A stretch of DNA of 64,000 bases from Lophium mytilinum (Eukaryota), in NCBI GenBank assembly GCA_010093605.1, contig MU004198.1:1180726-1244725 (forward strand). The letters run 5' to 3'. Shown one piece after another: positions 35,652 to 48,894 of the stretch. Numbering within the stretch: the stretch's first letter is position 1; each line of letters begins with the position of its first letter. The notes beneath the pieces are model-generated. The model was given only the letters and a program-made list of their open reading frames with translations, was not told where the DNA came from and ran no database searches. Both the position numbers and the translations under genes were made by a program.

Positions 35652-38600
35652 ATGTCCGAAAGACCTTTGCAAAACGCTTCGCTCCATGGCATTCACAAGG
35701 AACCTCGCACTCGTTCGAAGCTGCTTCTGTACGACACGATTCGGCCCCAAATTCTCGAGTTCACATACGACAAGCTTCCCGAGGACAGAAAGCGCATCCG
35801 AATGCTTCGACTATTTCCTGGGGTCCTTGACAATCCCCAGATAGATTGCGAGATGTTTGAGGCAGAATTTGACGAAAACCGTTACCTGCTGAAAGTCAAC
35901 AAACAGGACGGAGGTAATGAGTACAACGGCACGCAAGACAAGAATGTACAGAACGGGACGAAGAGCAAGAAAAAACCTCGGAAAGAACACATCATCCAGT
36001 ATGAAGCTCTGTCCTGGCGATGGGGCGACGAGGTCAACACTCCTTACAGCATCATGATCAAAAAGGATGGCAAGCTTTATCGGAAACGTGTCTCGGAAAC
36101 TCTCGGCCTGGCGCTGAAATACCTTCGACACGCAGAAGATCGAATCCTCCGGATCGATGCCATCTGCATCAACAGAATGATCATGAAGAGCGCAGTTCCC
36201 AAGTCTCAATGATGTCGCTCGTGTACACTGGCGCGAGCCAAGTCTGCGTCTGGATTGGAGAAGACGACGACGAAAGCACAACCGCAATCCGCTTCATCAG
36301 GGAGGAAATTAACGAACTCAAAAACTTCGACCGGCTCTGCACCGACAAACAGCATGCTCCAAAGTGGCGCGCCCTCCTGGTCCTGACGCAGCGCGCCTGG
36401 TTCTCCCGACGGTAGGTAGTGCAAGAGATCGCACTCGCCCAGAAAGCAACAGTGTACTGCGGCGCAGACGAGATATCATGGCGCGAGCTCGCTATCGCCG
36501 TTGAGCTCTTCGTCGAGGTCGAAACCGCGACGCATCGTCTCTCCGAGTTGATGAAGAAAGACGACAAGTTCGCCCTAATTCCGAACTGGTTCGAACACAT
36601 CTCCGAGCTGGGAGCTAGCCTCCTCGTCAACGCGACTGCTCGAATCTTCAGAGAATATAAGAGAGGTCAGGGTACTTTCACGTCACTCACGCAGGCACCT
36701 TCTCGCCGAAGCCTGCTCAGCCTCGAGTATCTTGTAACTTCTCTGTCGATATTCGACTGCGGACGTCCGCATGATTCCGTCTACGCCCTGGTCACAATTG
36801 CGAGAGACGCGACCCCCCTGCCGCCTTCTTCCGCCATGGAACGAACCAAGGAAGCCCTGATCGCGGAGGTGTTCTCGGACCAACTTGAACAGAAGCCGTA
36901 TCCGCTCGACTACAACAGTCCCTATCCCGACGTCTGCAAGGAGTTTACGCTTTTCTGCATCGAACGGTGTGCCAAAGCCGACCCACTTCAAGCCCTTGAC
37001 ATTCTTTGTCGACCGTGGGCAAAGGACTGGCAACCAGGTGAGTACATCGGGCAAGACTCTAAGAAGAATCTCAAATGGGAAACCCTCATTAAGCGTGAGG
37101 ATCCTTGGATTACCCCAGAAGGCCGAGATGCTCCGGATACTTTCGAGCAGTACTGGGAGAGGGCGGAACAGGTTCTCCCTGTGCGGCCTAAGATCAAGCA
37201 ATGGTTCCCCATTTCAAAGGATGACGAATCCACCCCAAATGAAACAACTATATCAGCGCCGCCGAAGGGTGCACTGAAACAGCAAAAGAAAAAGCAGCAG
37301 AAGAGAAGGAAAAAAGTGCAGAGCAATGAAGTCCCCAAGACCAACGACGAAGACGACGATGCAAATATCAAAGAACTCGGCCTCCCCTCTTGGGTTACCC
37401 GCATCACTGGCGCCCCCTTTGACATCTTCCCCCACCCAGGCATGGACATGGTGAAGATGGGCCGCAAGAACGCCGACCCCCTCGTCGGCATCCCGCAAGA
37501 CGGCCACCGCAATTACAGCGCCGGGCAATCCAACGGCGTCGATCTCGCCACCCTAAAGTTCAAAAAGCGTGCCCGCCTCGGTCACTACAGCCTCTACGTC
37601 AAGGGCTTCCAATTCGACAGAGTGGCCGAGGTCGCGCAGGTATCCCAGGCCGGCGCTATACCAGCCTCTTGGCTTGATCTGGCGAAGTGGACGAATGCAA
37701 GGAGGCCAAGGCGGCCTGACGACGACCCGGGAGATCCACTGGAGGACTTTTGGCGCACGCTGGTCGCGGATCGCGGAATGCATGATCGGAATCCACCGTA
37801 CTACTATGCCCGGGGGTGCAAGGAGACGATCATGAAAGGGGGGATTCGGAGTAATGCTGTCAACACGACGGCGCTGATCTACAACGAGCGGAATTCTATC
37901 ATCGCCGAGTTCTGTAGAAGAGTCCAGGCTGTCATCTGGAATAGAGCGCTTATCCGCACGTAGAAGGGCGCGCTAGGACTTGTGTCGGAGAATGTGAGGA
38001 GGAGCGACTTGATTTGTATTATTTATTGGTGTACTGTCCCTATCATTTTGAGGAAGGGAAAGCGGAAGACGGAGGAGGAGCGGCAGGAGGAGATTTTCGC
38101 GGACCATTTGGAGACGGTGACGAGAGCGTTACGAAAGTGGGTTACGCATAGGCCTCGCACAGCCCGGTATTTGAAAAAGGATAAGACGTGGAAGGAGGGG
38201 GCGGAGGGGTAGGTGTGGTGTTTTGTGGGGGTGGTGGTTGGGTTGATGGTTGAGGATTTGCTGGCGCTGTAGTGGGCGAGTGTTGGGGGGTTGAGTCCTT
38301 CAAGATTTGAAAGAGTGTAATAAGAAATTTAAGACGGAGGCGAACGACAAGATCAAGTGGAAAGAAGCAAATGAACCGCAAAGCCAGAGCAATTGGGGAG
38401 AGAAAGAAGTCGAGGAAAAAGTTGGGGAGGAAATTGAGGAAGAAGCTGGAGAAGAAGTTGCGGAAGAAGTTGGACAAGAAGTTGGAGAAGAAGTTGGAGA
38501 AGAAGTTGGGGGAGAAGTTGGGGAAGATGCGCAGAAAAGAAACGAAGGAATCAACGGGGAAATTGGAGATGGGGATGGAATAACAGGAAACAACATGGCG

Positions 38601-39002
38601 AATGGAAAGAACGAGGGAGACAGAAAGGACGAAAAGGGAAACGAGGAAGATAGGGTGAGAGCGGATCATAGTGGTAGTGTCGTAAACAGCGTTGAGGTTC
38701 AGGGAGGTGTTAAAGTCGCGGATTGGGACGGCGGTGCGAGTGAAGATGATGAGAGTGAATACTACAGCGAGGAGAGCGTAGATGACAGCGATGATAGTGA
38801 AGATAACAGCACAGAGCCTGAGGAAGCAGAGGAAGAAGAAATAGCAGAGAGGAAGACTAAACAAGCGAAAGCCGACCAAAGAGATCCATATCGGCATTAC
38901 GAGTTCTTGGGGGAGGCGTACATCCATGGGGTAATGGATGGCGAGGCTGTACGGCAGAAGTTCTACAAAAACAAACCGGACCATGTCTTTGAAATTAGGT
39001 AG
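35652..39002 (+). pseudogene. HET-domain (heterokaryon incompatibility, HET-6-like) gene with frameshift and premature stops
   Basis: IRMLRLFPG, YEALSWRWG, IDAICIN(Q), QVSMMSLVY, WFSRR*VVQE, LPSWV, FWRTLVADR, and C-terminal YEFLGEAYIHGVMDGEA. Frameshift near 36172; TAG at 36413-36415, 37961-37963 and 38210-38212. Confidence 0.85.
38410..38525 (+). repeat. 12-bp degenerate tandem repeat (GAAGAAGTTGGA-like) encoding (EEVG)n
   Basis: About 9 imperfect units within the HET pseudogene C-terminal region. Confidence 0.75.
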
Positions 39003-40745
39003 ACTCATAGGCATTAAGTACGGAATGTATTCACGCTGATGCATTTGGGCGGCGCATGCGATTGAGTTTAGGGCGGCTTCACGTGTTTCTCCGATGCCTC
39101 TTCGAGTGTTTCTCCAGATCGCACGTTTACTAGCAGGATCAAAACGCTGTTCGTCCGGCCTATCCATTCTGAAATCCGGATATCTTTGTCGGTAATGACA
39201 AAGTAATGTTGAGCAGTTTAGATCTTGTCCTGAAATCTGGATTGTGGTGTACAATAGCGATTCCCGTCTTCCTACGTCGCTACAACAACATAGGGGAAGT
39301 TATGTTTCAGGTCTATGTGACTTTCACTGCAGAAAATCTCGATAGGCGACTAGAACGAGGTGGATGAACGTGGTTTATTTTACTGAAGTATATGTCTAAT
39401 TCAGGCAAACCGCTGGAATATGCAAGAGTAGATCTAATGCAACGCTAAAATCGAGCTTTCGAGAACATTGAGTAAGGCAAGGAGTATGGCTTTGTTCGCC
39501 ATAGCTATTCCAATCAACAGACCACAAAGATTGATTTTACACCACCCGTCAAAGTTTGGTATCCGGCCACATTTTGCCCTTCATCATTTCCAATCGGGAC
39601 GCATCCTCCATCAGTGATGCCGGCGAAAGCACCTAATCGAGGATACTATAAGCATAGCCTGCCTCCTATGCAAGGATAATTCATATCAAGCTAATACTTA
39701 TCCTTGATGTCCCAAGACTAAGGATAATTGCTTACGAAACTGACCTCACGTTTCTCTGTACTCATCACGACACTGTGCCTTCGTAAGACTAACTCTCTCC
39801 ATTGCAGGCTTAAGGATGAACAACTTAGCTCTTTCCTCCTCATGCTCGTTTGGATAGTCGCAGTTGCCTTGTCCAATTTTACCTTCACGTCCAGACTTTT
39901 CCCTCTTCCGATCGATAAGAAGTATGTAGACCGACTTTGGAGACTACATGTCAGCTCTATTTTCTAGTCGTACTGGCACGGAAAGTCGTCAGTCAAAGAC
40001 CGGGAAGGCTGTGGTCTCAGCTCACTCGTTTGTGAGAGGGCTCTAATGTTGGCGAGCAGCTGATGTGCGTATGAAGGGTCGATGCTGAGGGGAATCTCGG
40101 TGGTTCTTCTCCTGACTGAAAGCGGTTAGCCCTACCTTTTCTCCACCAATCGAAATTGGGTGTTTACTCCGCACTCTGGTCTTTACCCTGGAACTTCTCC
40201 TCAACAAGACGGCCTCTCATAGCAAATAGCGACGGTTTAGGAGTTAACTCGCGTATCGTATATCCTACACCCGTAGAGACTTTGAGAAACCTCATCATAC
40301 CCAGAATCACTGACCTAGAACTAATGGGACTCCCGACATTGCAAGCTCAACAGAGACAAACAAAACCTACACCTTTAGATTGACTCTAGCGACTCCAATT
40401 CATCCAGCCCGTCGATAATCAACGCTAACGCCCTATCCGGAGCTCTCTTCATATACATCCCGGTATTTCGAGTTGCGCTCCCCGTCGTCAAGGCTTCTAG
40501 AGGTCTTCTCCTCATTCTAAGAGTGGCGTTACGTGCAGCGATCTCTCCAACCCGGCCTGGCGGGCCTCAAGCCTGTTCAGTCAGCATGCGATCAGTTTTC
40601 TATGAGGGCCATTGCGTACGGAAAGACGCGCCGGCCACCGCGATGCAGCGCTCAAGCCTCAGGTATCGACGCCATCAAAGCCTTTTACGCCTCTAGGCCA
40701 GGCGGGATGTCTCTCATTCAGCAAATACTGACAGGAGCGGTACGA

Positions 40746-40827
40746 TTTAGCCGGTTGGCAGTTTCTTATTGTGGTCATCCTTCGCCCGTCTGCTGAGCCG
40801 CCACAGTATACACATCGACTTTAGCCG
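40746..40827 (-). promoter_or_regulatory. Two XlnR/XLR-1-type sites (CGGCTAAA) upstream of the cdt-2-like gene
   Basis: TTTAGCCG at 40746-40753 and 40820-40827, about 200-280 bp upstream of the ATG. Matches the GGCTAAA XlnR consensus. Confidence 0.5.
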
Positions 40828-41026
40828 GTCCGTTTGACCGCTTCGTATTTGCTTGGTCCCTTAATATGGTAAGGACCAAATAGAGATGGTGTCTATATGA
40901 AGCCCGCAATTCATTGCTGTCGAAAAGTCTTCCTTAGTCGTTGGTCTTCGTGAGACTGAAGCACCGTCTTCGGTAGCTGCGTTACTCCTACGCTCATATT
41001 CTATCTTCGCGAGAAATTCTTTCGTT

Positions 41027-43000
41027 ATGGCACCTGCAGTAGCTATACCCGTGTTGAAGAAGGGTGAGGTTGAGCTTGCTCAGGCAGAGGCGCCTCACCT
41101 CCGCAAGGTGCATTGGCGCTCCGATCCAGGTCTGCGAAAGCTCTATGCATGGGCATTCGTTATCTGCATTGCCTCCGCAACGACTGGTTACGATGGGTTA
41201 GTGGGATTCCTCTCTCTAGTCTGACAATCGGGCGACAAGAATTCTTACTCTTCCAGATCTATGTTGAACAACCTGCGTATCTTGGATACCTGGACTGGTT
41301 ACTTCCATGATCCTACCGGCTCCAAATTAGGCCTCTTGACGGCGCTCTACAGCATTGGCAGTATTGCTAGCCTTCCGGTCACGTAAGGACTGGTCGAAAG
41401 AACATGCAAACCAATTCGCTAAAGCGCTACAGTCCTTTCATTGCCGACCACTATGGCCGAAAGCTTGCCATTACCATTGGATGTATCATCATGATTGCAG
41501 GAGCAGCGGTACAGTCCGGAGCTAAGAACCTCGAGAGCAAGTACACCCGCTGAACTTTTGGGGTCGAGACTGATTCGTTGCAGTGTTCATGGCCGGTCGC
41601 TTCTTCATGGGTTTCGGAAACAGTCTTGCTCAGCTTTCATCTCCTCTATTGCTCACAGAGCTTTGCCATCCTCAACATCGAGGCCGCGTGACCGCCATCT
41701 ATAATTGCCTATGGAATGTTGGTGCCATTAGTATGATAATGCCTCCATCAACACTTCTAAGACATTTTACTAACAAGTATCTTAGTTTGTACCTGGCTGA
41801 CCTTCGGTACCAAGAGAATCGGCAGTGATTGGTCCTGGAGAATTCCAGCTCTTACCCAAGCCTTCCCCTCGGTTATCCAATTAGCATTCATCTTCTTCAT
41901 CCCCGAATCTCCACGTTGGCTCATCGCCAAGGAACGAAACGACGAGGCTCTCAATATCCTCGGAAAATATCACGCCAATGGCAATAACGACGATCCCACG
42001 GTCCAATTCGAGTTCCACGAAATCAAAGAGACGCTCCGTTTGGAGTTTCAATACCAGAAGACTAGCAGCTATCTGGACTTTCTTAAGACCAAAGGAAATA
42101 GATACCGGCTTCTACTGCTGGCCTCTCTTGGACTTTTCTCGCAGTGGTCTGGCAATGGACTGGTCAGCTACTATGCTACGGACGTTTATAAGAGCATTGG
42201 CATCACTGACGGCGACACGCAACTTGGAGTATGTATCACTCGATAACATCCACATGCTGAAATCTTTGCTAAATCTCGGGTAGCTCAACGGAGGCCTCAC
42301 GATCCTCGCTCTCATCGTTAGTTGTTCCTGCGCCATGATGGTTGATAAAATTGGCCGTCGACCTTTATTCATTGCTGCCACCGCTTGTACGTACCCGCCT
42401 CCAACCAAAACCCATAAGCTCACTAGATCCTAATCTGGGGTGTAGGCATGTGCATCTCCTTCATCGCCTGGACCATCTGCGCCGCCTACCAAGAGCGCGA
42501 TGGCAACGCCGGCGCCGGCCGCGCCGTCATCGCCTTCATTTGGATCTTCAACGTCTCGTACGCCCTCGCCTGGTCCGGGCTGCTCGTCGCCTACACTGTC
42601 GAGATCTTGCCTTTCAAGATCCGCGCCAAGGGTCTTATGCTGATGAATTTCTTTATTCAAGTCGCTTTGACTATCAACCAGTACGTCAATCCACTGGGAT
42701 TCGATCACTTGAAGCCGAACTGGAAGTTTTATACTATCTACGCTGTAAGCTCCCATCCACGTTTTCCTTTTTAGTACGCGGTTTGACGTAGTTTTCTAGG
42801 TTTGGCTGTTCCTCGAACTGCTTTTTGTTTCGTTCCTCTATGTTGAGACACGCGGTCCTACGCTTGAGGAGATTGCGAAGATCTTTGATGGCCCGAATGC
42901 GGAGGTTGCGCATGTGGATATCGAGAAGGTTGAGTCGGATGTCGTTGCTACGGGGTATGAGAAGGGCGATGGGGTGCATATTGAACATTCACGTCTCTAG
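41027..43000 (+). CDS. cdt-2: Sugar porter family cellodextrin/lactose transporter, CDT-2-like; about 8 exons
   Basis: EAPHLRKVHWRSDPGLRKLY..CIASATTGYDG, GFGNSLAQLSSPLLLTELCHPQHRGRVTAIYNCLWNVGA, PESPRWL, FSQWSGNGL, ETRGPTLEEIAKIFDG closely resemble Neurospora CDT-2 as I recall it. One intron is GC-AG (41537-41583). Confidence 0.88.
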
Positions 43001-45369
43001 ACTGTTCTCTTGGTCCATTTGTTCGGTACAAGTTTTGGTGTGAGTTTAGGTCGTGGCGATTAGCAAGATGAGGAGGAACGGGTTGTGCAAGAGTAATGCG
43101 ATCGTTAGTTTGATGCTTATCACGTGCGCTCGGTGAGCGATGCTAAATTTCTACTCGATGATAGTTTGCTTGACTGTTGACTGCTCTTCGGGGATTCAAA
43201 ATACGCTTCAAAGTCCCATGAAACGTAGCGCACTATTACGTAGTTGGATAAAAAATGATGGTATATTTGTCCAGTCGTCTTACGCCTTTCAGAGTGAAAA
43301 ACATGCAGGGCTTGGAAAGAGGCCCAGGGAGTATATCCTTGAAAGCTGACATCCGAAGACGTTTGAGCATCGTCCATCTACTCTCCATAAGCCATGGTAC
43401 TGGGATATGTTGCGAAGTCTAGTTGACCGGACGCCCGCGTGATTCAGAACAATAAGGGGAGCGGACTTGTAGCGGGAATCGTAGGCTTGATGCAATATCT
43501 TCAAAACCTAGATACTACCATCTCCTGACCTCTCTAGGTCTGGGAAAGCTTTCAATCTCGTATAAGTCGTGTCTAGACCTTCGAAGTCGTCCACCGGGTG
43601 CAGAAGCAACACGACAAGACCCGAAGTGAGGTCAGCAGCGAGGGAACACATGAACGGTAGAAGCAGGACCCTGCCAACGTCGTACTTGCATTGTGGCGGG
43701 TAGTCGATCGTCACGAGGTTGTTTTGCGGGGTATGCATCTCCTGTCTAACGGGCCCTCTATCGTTCATTGCGTTCGAAATTTGCAAATAGTTGCCATTTG
43801 ATGAGCTTATCACGGGACCACGAAGATGCGGTGTCCGCTCGTCGTGGAGGAAATCAATGCAGCACCATCACAGTCGGCCACACGAAGAAAAAGGTTGCAA
43901 TACTAACCGTCAGCAGGATCACGAAGAATGGAGTTAAGATGAGGTTGGCGATAATGGGTGAATGGGTCTTCGGGAGCTAGATCAGCCACCTGGCGATCTT
44001 CCGTGAAGGTTAAAACGTTGATTGGACGGCAGGCTTCGGAACAGCTGAAGCGGCCAGCGCCAATCAATATTCTTGGCACCTGAAGCCGGGCCTTTCAGCA
44101 GGGACTTCCTCGCTTCTTCTGCCTCTGTTCAGCTCCTCCATCTCCCTCTCTTCCGGAACTCAAACGCACGTTGCCAGCTGCTTCCAGCTTCCAAGGCGAC
44201 GATCCACCATGGCTTTTCGGAGAGTTGCTGAGTGCACCGTACTCGGAGTCGATGGATGCCTACAGCTTGTCGAAGCTCAAGTACAACCTGTAACGGAGTG
44301 CAATCCGCGGGGGCTGGACAAACCAGAGACAGCGGACAGCAATCGCGACGCTTGCGAAAAACACTTCTCCAGGGCCATCTACGAGCTCGGCCGTTCTCTT
44401 GCACTCATGCAAGCAATGCCCCTGGATCGCCGCTTGTCAAATGCTATCTCGAGGCTTTGCCGCACGCTCCACCAGGAGCCCTCATGTCGGCCAATGCGGT
44501 GAAACAATCACCACCCGTCGAGCAACGTTCTACATCGCAGTTCCGCCTCAATCAGACTTTAGCTCCTGGGACGCGTCATATGCAGCTTGGAAACAACCTG
44601 TTTCGATTTCGAAAGCATATCTTGCCATTCGGCATTCGCCGGTAGACGAAGACGTACGTACCCTGGATGAGACGACACCTGCAGGAACCACAGCGTATGG
44701 GTACAAAACTCAAAGCTCCCGAACTCGCTGGCCATAGATCATTCGGTGACGACCTTGACCGTTATCCACCGGCAGACTGTCCCCTGCATGCAGTCACATA
44801 GGCTCTGCAGTAGTCAGCCTTCCTGCTGCTTCTGCGTGCGCAAATGTCCGATTCTACCGGCCAAGATCCCTTGGTGACGCGTGCAAAAGCCTCAGATATC
44901 AGAGGAGACCCATCTTGGCAGCCCAATGCCAATCGCTCTCCCCAGCCTTCTCTGTCTTATCGCGTCTTCTCTTGTCCCAAGCTCCGTTTTCGACTTCGGC
45001 TCTCCGCGTTATCCACTCCCGGGGGTGAATATGCTCGCACCTCATGAAGTCAATAGGCCCAGTCGGTGCTGAAAGCTTACGCTTCACCAGCGGACCTGTT
45101 TTGGCCGATTAGCTGCAGTGTTACGCCTATATGCACCTCCCCATGATGGTGGACTGTTCGTCGATCACTACTTGACATCGGTGCTGGCCTTGGGAGGCGT
45201 CAAGCCATGGCAGCGCCATCCCGCTCGTTACCGTAAGTAGTGGAAGTTAGCCGCTCACTTCCTCAAATGCTCTACGTTCTATCCCGTTTCCAAGAGATAG
45301 CCCTCAGTAGGTTGAAAACAGCCCGAGTCATTCCCGTACATCAAATAAAGATTAACACGCCCCTAGATT

Positions 45370-47324
45370 ATGCGGTCCATCCCAAGTACAAGTAGTTACT
45401 TTGACCCTTCAGCAGCTCCACTGCCTAGGATGTATACGAGTTCCAAAAGATTTCCTACCGTCCAGCGGCATAGCTCGCACCTATACGACCCACTTTCCGG
45501 CAATCTAGCACCCACGATTTCCGAGCTCGCCAAGTCGCGAGCTATGAACCGCATCTCGACCCACTCGTCCTTCTCAATAAGACCGCACAGCAGACTTCAA
45601 AATCACCGGTTGAGCAATAAAGCTATTGAAGACCTAAAAGCGCTCGAGAAGGACGTTGAATTCCTCGATGTCTCGGCTATTCCAAGCTCACCCGCCTCAG
45701 CCTCATCCGGCGTGAGTAACGATCCACCGCCGCCAACGAAGCCAGACATGTCTCTAGAACACCAGATAGCATTCATCTTGATTGTTTGCTCTGCCCAATT
45801 TCTTTCATTAGGCGGCATGAACCAAACGGTCGCGCCGGTCATGATCCTGGCCAAGTATTTTCATATTCAAGACTACGGTACGCTGAGCTGGTTCTCAGCG
45901 GCTTACAGTATGACAGTGGGGACTTTAATTTTGCCTGCAGGTAAGGGTTATTCCAAGTAGTGTGCGACTTTTTGAAACGTTGTAAACTGCGTCATACTGG
46001 CATGTATCTGCTAACACATGGTACAGGCAGGCTTGGCGACATGTACGGCCACAAGAAGGTCTTCCTGATAGGTTGGGCATGGTTCTCCATGTGGTCTCTG
46101 ATATCGGGCTTCTGTTACAGGTGGGGTGTTGTCGTGTTCAGCGTATGCCGCGCGTTCCAAGGCATAGGACCAGCCTTGATAGTGCCCAACGCCATTGCCC
46201 TTATCGGCCGGAACTTTCCAATCGGCGTGAAAAGGAATACGGTTTTCGCATGCTTCGGTGCAGCGGGGCCTACAGGAGCAACCGCCGGCGCCGTCTTTTC
46301 AGCTCTAATTTCAGAGTTATATTGGTGGCCGTGGTGTTTCTGGATACTCTCAGCTGTGTGTCTCTGCGTCATGGCCATGACTTTCTGCATCATCCCTAAC
46401 GAAGACGGCCCTTTGCATCCCCCTGGAATCGACCCCCCGACTTTCGACTACCTAGGCTCGCTAACAGGAGTCACCGGCCTAGTGCTCATCAACTTCGCCC
46501 TTAACCAAGCCCCCCTCGCCGGGTGGTCCACGCCCTACATCCCCGCCCTCCTAACCCTCGGCCTCGCCTCCATCGCCCTCTTCATTTACGTCGAGCTCTA
46601 CACAGCCCCGCACCCCCTCATCCCCATCCGCGGCCTCGGCTTCGAAGCCCTCTTCGCCCTCGCCTGCATCGCCGCGGGCTGGGGCAGCCACGGCATATGG
46701 GCCTACTACCTCTACCTCTTCCTCGAGCACCTACGCGGGCACAGCGCCCTCCTCACCGCCGCCGAAACCTCCCCGGTCGCCCTCACTGGCATCTTCTTCG
46801 CCCTCTCCACCGTCTGGCTGCTCCGCCGCATCGCCGTGTCGTGGGTCATGCTGCTCGCCATGCTCTTCTTCCTCCTCGGCGCGCTGCTGATGGCTACAGC
46901 ACCACTGCATCAGACGTATTGGGCGCAGACGTTTGTCTCGGTGCTGCTGATGCCCGGCGCGATGAACCTCTCGTTCCCGGCCGCGACGATCCTGTTGAGT
47001 TCGGCGCTGCCGAAGGAGAAGCAGGGGATCGCGGCGAGTTTGGTGAGTACGATGGTGAACTATAGTATTAGCTGTGGGTTGGGGTTCGCGGGGTCGATTC
47101 ATCGGTATACTATTCAGCGGACTGCGAAGGAGTTGGGGCTACAGGGGGCGGCGCTGCTAGGGGATGCGACGCCGAATGTTGTGCAGTCGAGGCTGATGGG
47201 GTTGAGGGGCGCGTACTGTTTTGCGGTTGGCTTGAGTGGGCTGGGCGTGGTGGTTGCGGCGGTGTTTATCTTTGTGTCGAAGCGGAAAGAGAGGGCGAGG
47301 GTGAAGGAGGAGGGGGATGGGTGA
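45370..47324 (+). CDS. MFS transporter, 14-TM DHA2 type (ATR1/AMF1-like); intron 45941-46026; start codon uncertain (45370 or downstream)
   Basis: LSWFSAAYSMTVGTLILPAG|RLGDMYGHKKVF, RAFQGIGPALIVPNA, MNLSFPAATILLS..QGIAASLVSTMVNYSISCGLG. Confidence 0.9.
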
Positions 47325-48894
47325 GTGAGCTCCCGGAGTTCGAGTTCGCTGCTGTGGCGGTACGGAAGAGGTAAAAAGCTTTGGTGGATGGATGATATAT
47401 TGTATATGTACCCTTGTATAGGGAGTGGGGATCAGTTGGCATGGCACAAACGTCGTCAGAAGCATGGAAGGGTCTCTGGAAAACGGGTTTTGTATCTGCA
47501 AAAACGTCGGTATTATGTAGAATCATGCGTTATGAGAACTGTTGCTGCTGCATTGGCAACTTTCAAAATGAGCAATCCCTTCAAATATTGCAAAGAAGTT
47601 GTACACAGACTCTTCAGTAGCAAACCGTCATATCCTGCCAGATACTTTGTCCCATCCATACTCAGCAACCATTCCTAAACACCGACAAACTCCCCCAAAA
47701 AGCACCACCTAACCCATCCCTGGCATAAACTCCAAAAGCCTAGACGATCGCGGTATGAATACAACGTCTAGTCATCATTTCCCCCGTTACAATCCCCATA
47801 GATCAATCAGTGTTCCCATCGTTTCTCATATCCACACCAGCATTTCAAATCGCGGTATCAATACAAATTTCTCTCTGTCAAACACGCCTCACAGATCACA
47901 AATCTCAGCAAACTAGTCTCGTCGCCTACCACTTCATCCACACGGCCGCGGATGCGGCTAATGGAAAATGTGGTATGACTTCCACGATCCGGGGTGTAGA
48001 TGAATTTGGCATATGAAGCCCCTCAGCACGCTCCCACCGCACCTCCTCGCAAGCCCAACCTCTACCACAGCGACCGCAATGCGCACCGCTCGTACAAGTA
48101 GCGCCCCAGCCGCCAGCGCCTCTACCGCAAACGCGTCCGCTTCAAATGCGCTTCAGACGCACCGGAGTGGGTCCGCAGCATCACTTCATGAGACACGACT
48201 TGCCCCCTTTTGGAATTAACAAACCAGTGCATTTCAAAAGCGAGCGCCTTAGTGACGACGGCCGGCCTCCTGTCGTAAGCCCACGGCCCTAGAAGTGGCC
48301 CCCTGGGCTTGAGATGCATAGCGTGTAGTGGGTGGATGAAGATGCTTGGTTGCGGTGACTTCGCCGTGGAGGGTGCTCTGGACGCAGTTTCAAGGGGATG
48401 AGTGGAGCGGCTTGAGCGCTGGCATGTGCGCACTTCTATTCAGGGCGAATAGATGTGTCTGAGATTGGTGGGAGGGGTTTGGTACGGTGGGTTTTGTGAG
48501 GGGAGATTGGGTAAGGGGGATAGGTGTGGGAGCGAGATGATTTAGTTTGGGGAAAGGGGGGTGGAGTTGTGGGATGTATGAGGCGGAGAGCAATAGTGTC
48601 GGAAGGGGCAGCTGAGGGGGAAGGAAATCCACTCACCCGCATGTACGGTAGTGAGCCCGCGGAACTTATCTAGATGGATGCGTTCGAGTTTGGGGAGTGT
48701 GCCTCGATAGATTCTCAGGACGCTGAGGGAGGTTCAAGGGTTCTCTTTCACCTTGAAAGCTAGTAGACTTGCCATATCATCTTAGATAGCAGTAAAGACA
48801 GATAGAGCTCATAGAACAGCATCACGATACCACATAGTGAGGAGCAACCAGATATTCTAGAACGGTATTCCAGCTATACTGAACTCCGACTCCT

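Noticed and set aside
38142..39254. 370-aa hydrophobic minus-strand ORF
   Set aside because: Mostly the reverse complement of the purine-rich acidic HET tail (FFSN repeats), with a non-ATG start.
43500..45100. Short overlapping ORFs between the sugar porter and the MFS gene
   Set aside because: No recognisable motifs or coherent exon chain.
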